Source of the DNA: Escherichia coli
Lineage (GTDB): Bacteria > Pseudomonadota > Gammaproteobacteria > Enterobacterales > Enterobacteriaceae
Reading direction: 5' to 3' (one strand)
Length of the DNA: 64,000 nucleotides
NCBI RefSeq assembly: GCF_044647545.1
Contig: NZ_CP172818.1
How positions within the stretch are numbered: the first letter of the stretch is position 1; the number at the start of each line of letters is the position of its first letter. Below, piece by piece: positions 62,501-64,000 of the stretch. The position numbers and the translations under genes were made by a program. The notes under the pieces were generated by a model that saw only the letters and a program-made list of their open reading frames with translations, was not told where the DNA came from and ran no database searches.

Positions 62501-63641
62501 GAATGATCAACCAAACCATCATCACAATCATTAATAACACAACCTATAAAAACTAATATCTAACTAAATTAACGTCTTTTTAACACCATAATAACCCACA
62601 ACAATTCCTCTAAACCTTATTTAACTGATCCCAAATATTTATCGACATTTACACACCAATAATCTCTTTTAAATAAAATTCTCCCAGACACCCATAAAAC
62701 AATAAAGAAAAACATATTTATCCTCTTTTTTTTAATAACCAAGAATTTACCAAACAAACATAATAACAAACAAACAAACCAAAACAATAAACAATATTTT
62801 TATTATGAAACCAAAATAATTAATCCATATCATCATCTAAACATCCACCTACATCACACATACAACAACAAGAAATAAACCTCATCTAAAAAAAATCCAC
62901 TTTCTTTTATTTCATATAAATTTATATATAAAATTAATACTACGAATAAAATATATTTTCTCTAAATACATATTTAAAACAACAATACTCAATTTATGAA
63001 TTAAAATTCTTTCTCAAAAATCATAATCACAATATTCTTTTTTTTATACATAAAACAAAAAAAATAATCATCATAACTTAAATTAAATAATCTCACTTAT
63101 AAAACCGATAACTTTATTTTTTAATAATAAAAAGCATAACAATGAATTCAATTATTTAAAACAAATAAAATTCATCAAATTAAACTAAATTATAATAACA
63201 CAATATTTACAATTTATCAAAAAAAATTATTATTTTACCAAAAAATAAAACAAAAAACAAAAATTTAATTTTTCAAATACACAAACAACAACAAAACAAC
63301 AAATACATAATAATATAACGGGTGTTTTTTTGTTTCTTGTCTCCCATAAAAGAGCCAGCCATCTCAGACGACATTCCATATTTTTTTTTAACCACCCACC
63401 CAGAAATATAACCTCTCCATTCACACTTACACAATTATTTCATACTTATATCAATACTCCCAAAAAAAACAACACTCAAATAATAATACTCAAACAATAA
63501 CATACAAAATAACAACAAACAAACGAATTTTTAATTAAAAACTTTATTTTCAACGACATTCAAAATCCACATCATCACAAAACATCTAATATTCATAAAT
63601 TTATCTATCAACGAAATATAAATTCATAATAAATAAAAACA
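59530..63641. other. ~4.1 kb compositionally anomalous, non-coding block (G-depleted on + strand), identity unknown
   Basis: Sampled 60-nt lines contain 0-4 G against roughly equal A, C and T; almost no ORFs on either strand; starts the base after the metV CCA and ends the base before the amiC stop codon. Confidence 0.9.
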
Positions 63642-64000
63642 TTATCCCCTTCTCGCCAGCGTCGCCCCATCGGCAAAATACGCTTTAATTCCCGCAAGAA
63701 TAGACTCCGCAACTTCCTGCTGGAAAGTCGCCGTTTTCAGTTTACGCTCTTCCTCAACGTTACTGATAAACGCCGTTTCGACCAGAATGGAGGGAATATC
63801 TGGTGCCTTTAGTACGGCAAACCCAGCCTGTTCAACTTGATTTTTATGCAGCTTGTTGATTTTACCGAGCTTATTCAGCACCGCTTTACCAAACTTAAGG
63901 CTGTCGGCAATGGTCAGCGACTGCACCATATCGAACATAGTGTGGTCGACATAGCGGTCACCGCTTTTGCTTACGCCACCAATCAAGTCCGAGGCGTTCT
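63642..64000 (-). CDS. amiC: N-acetylmuramoyl-L-alanine amidase, C-terminal part (5' end beyond window)
   Basis: Reverse-strand translation ...[52 protein letters not shown] (Amidase_3 C-terminus); position after metV matches amiC synteny. Confidence 0.85.

Noticed and set aside
59779-63424. Short ORFs inside the G-depleted block (59779-60066 +, 59936-60181 -, 61355-61672 +, 63230-63424 -)
   Set aside because: Low-complexity translations driven by the skewed composition; no RBS or recognisable domains, and ATG is rare there simply because G is rare. Not called as genes.
59530-63641. Classical tRNA-targeted genomic island, prophage or IS element
   Set aside because: No integrase, transposase, att-type direct repeats or terminal inverted repeats visible, and no coding capacity at all.
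59530-63641. Bisulfite-like or deaminase-driven (G-to-A) hypermutated copy of a normal sequence
   Set aside because: A is not enriched to about 50%; A, C and T are roughly equal, and the residual Gs show no CpG-specific context, so simple G-to-A conversion does not explain it.

Overview
This window reads as an Escherichia coli K-12-like chromosomal segment running from cysJIH to amiC, with gene order and protein sequences recognised from memory and not database-checked. It holds about 57 protein genes, including the ygc/yqc cluster of uncharacterised genes, eno-pyrG, the relA-mazEF-mazG operon, barA, gudPXD, the fuc regulon, gcvA and the csd genes. It also holds the sRNAs csrB and gcvB, three tandem initiator tRNA-Met genes, an orphan type I-E CRISPR array with a decayed remnant, and several REP elements. 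The one element that does not fit is a ~4.1 kb block (59530-63641) in which the + strand is almost devoid of G and which has essentially no coding capacity. It fills exactly the gap between the last tRNA and the amiC stop codon, where I would expect only a short intergenic spacer. I cannot assign it a function; it is either a novel non-coding insertion or an artificial or assembly-derived segment, and it is the top candidate for follow-up. The most plausible under-described natural system is the ygcNOP/ygcQRS/ygcU/ygcW/yqcE/ygcE cluster (a FixABCX-like electron-transfer module with transporters, dehydrogenases and a sugar kinase).
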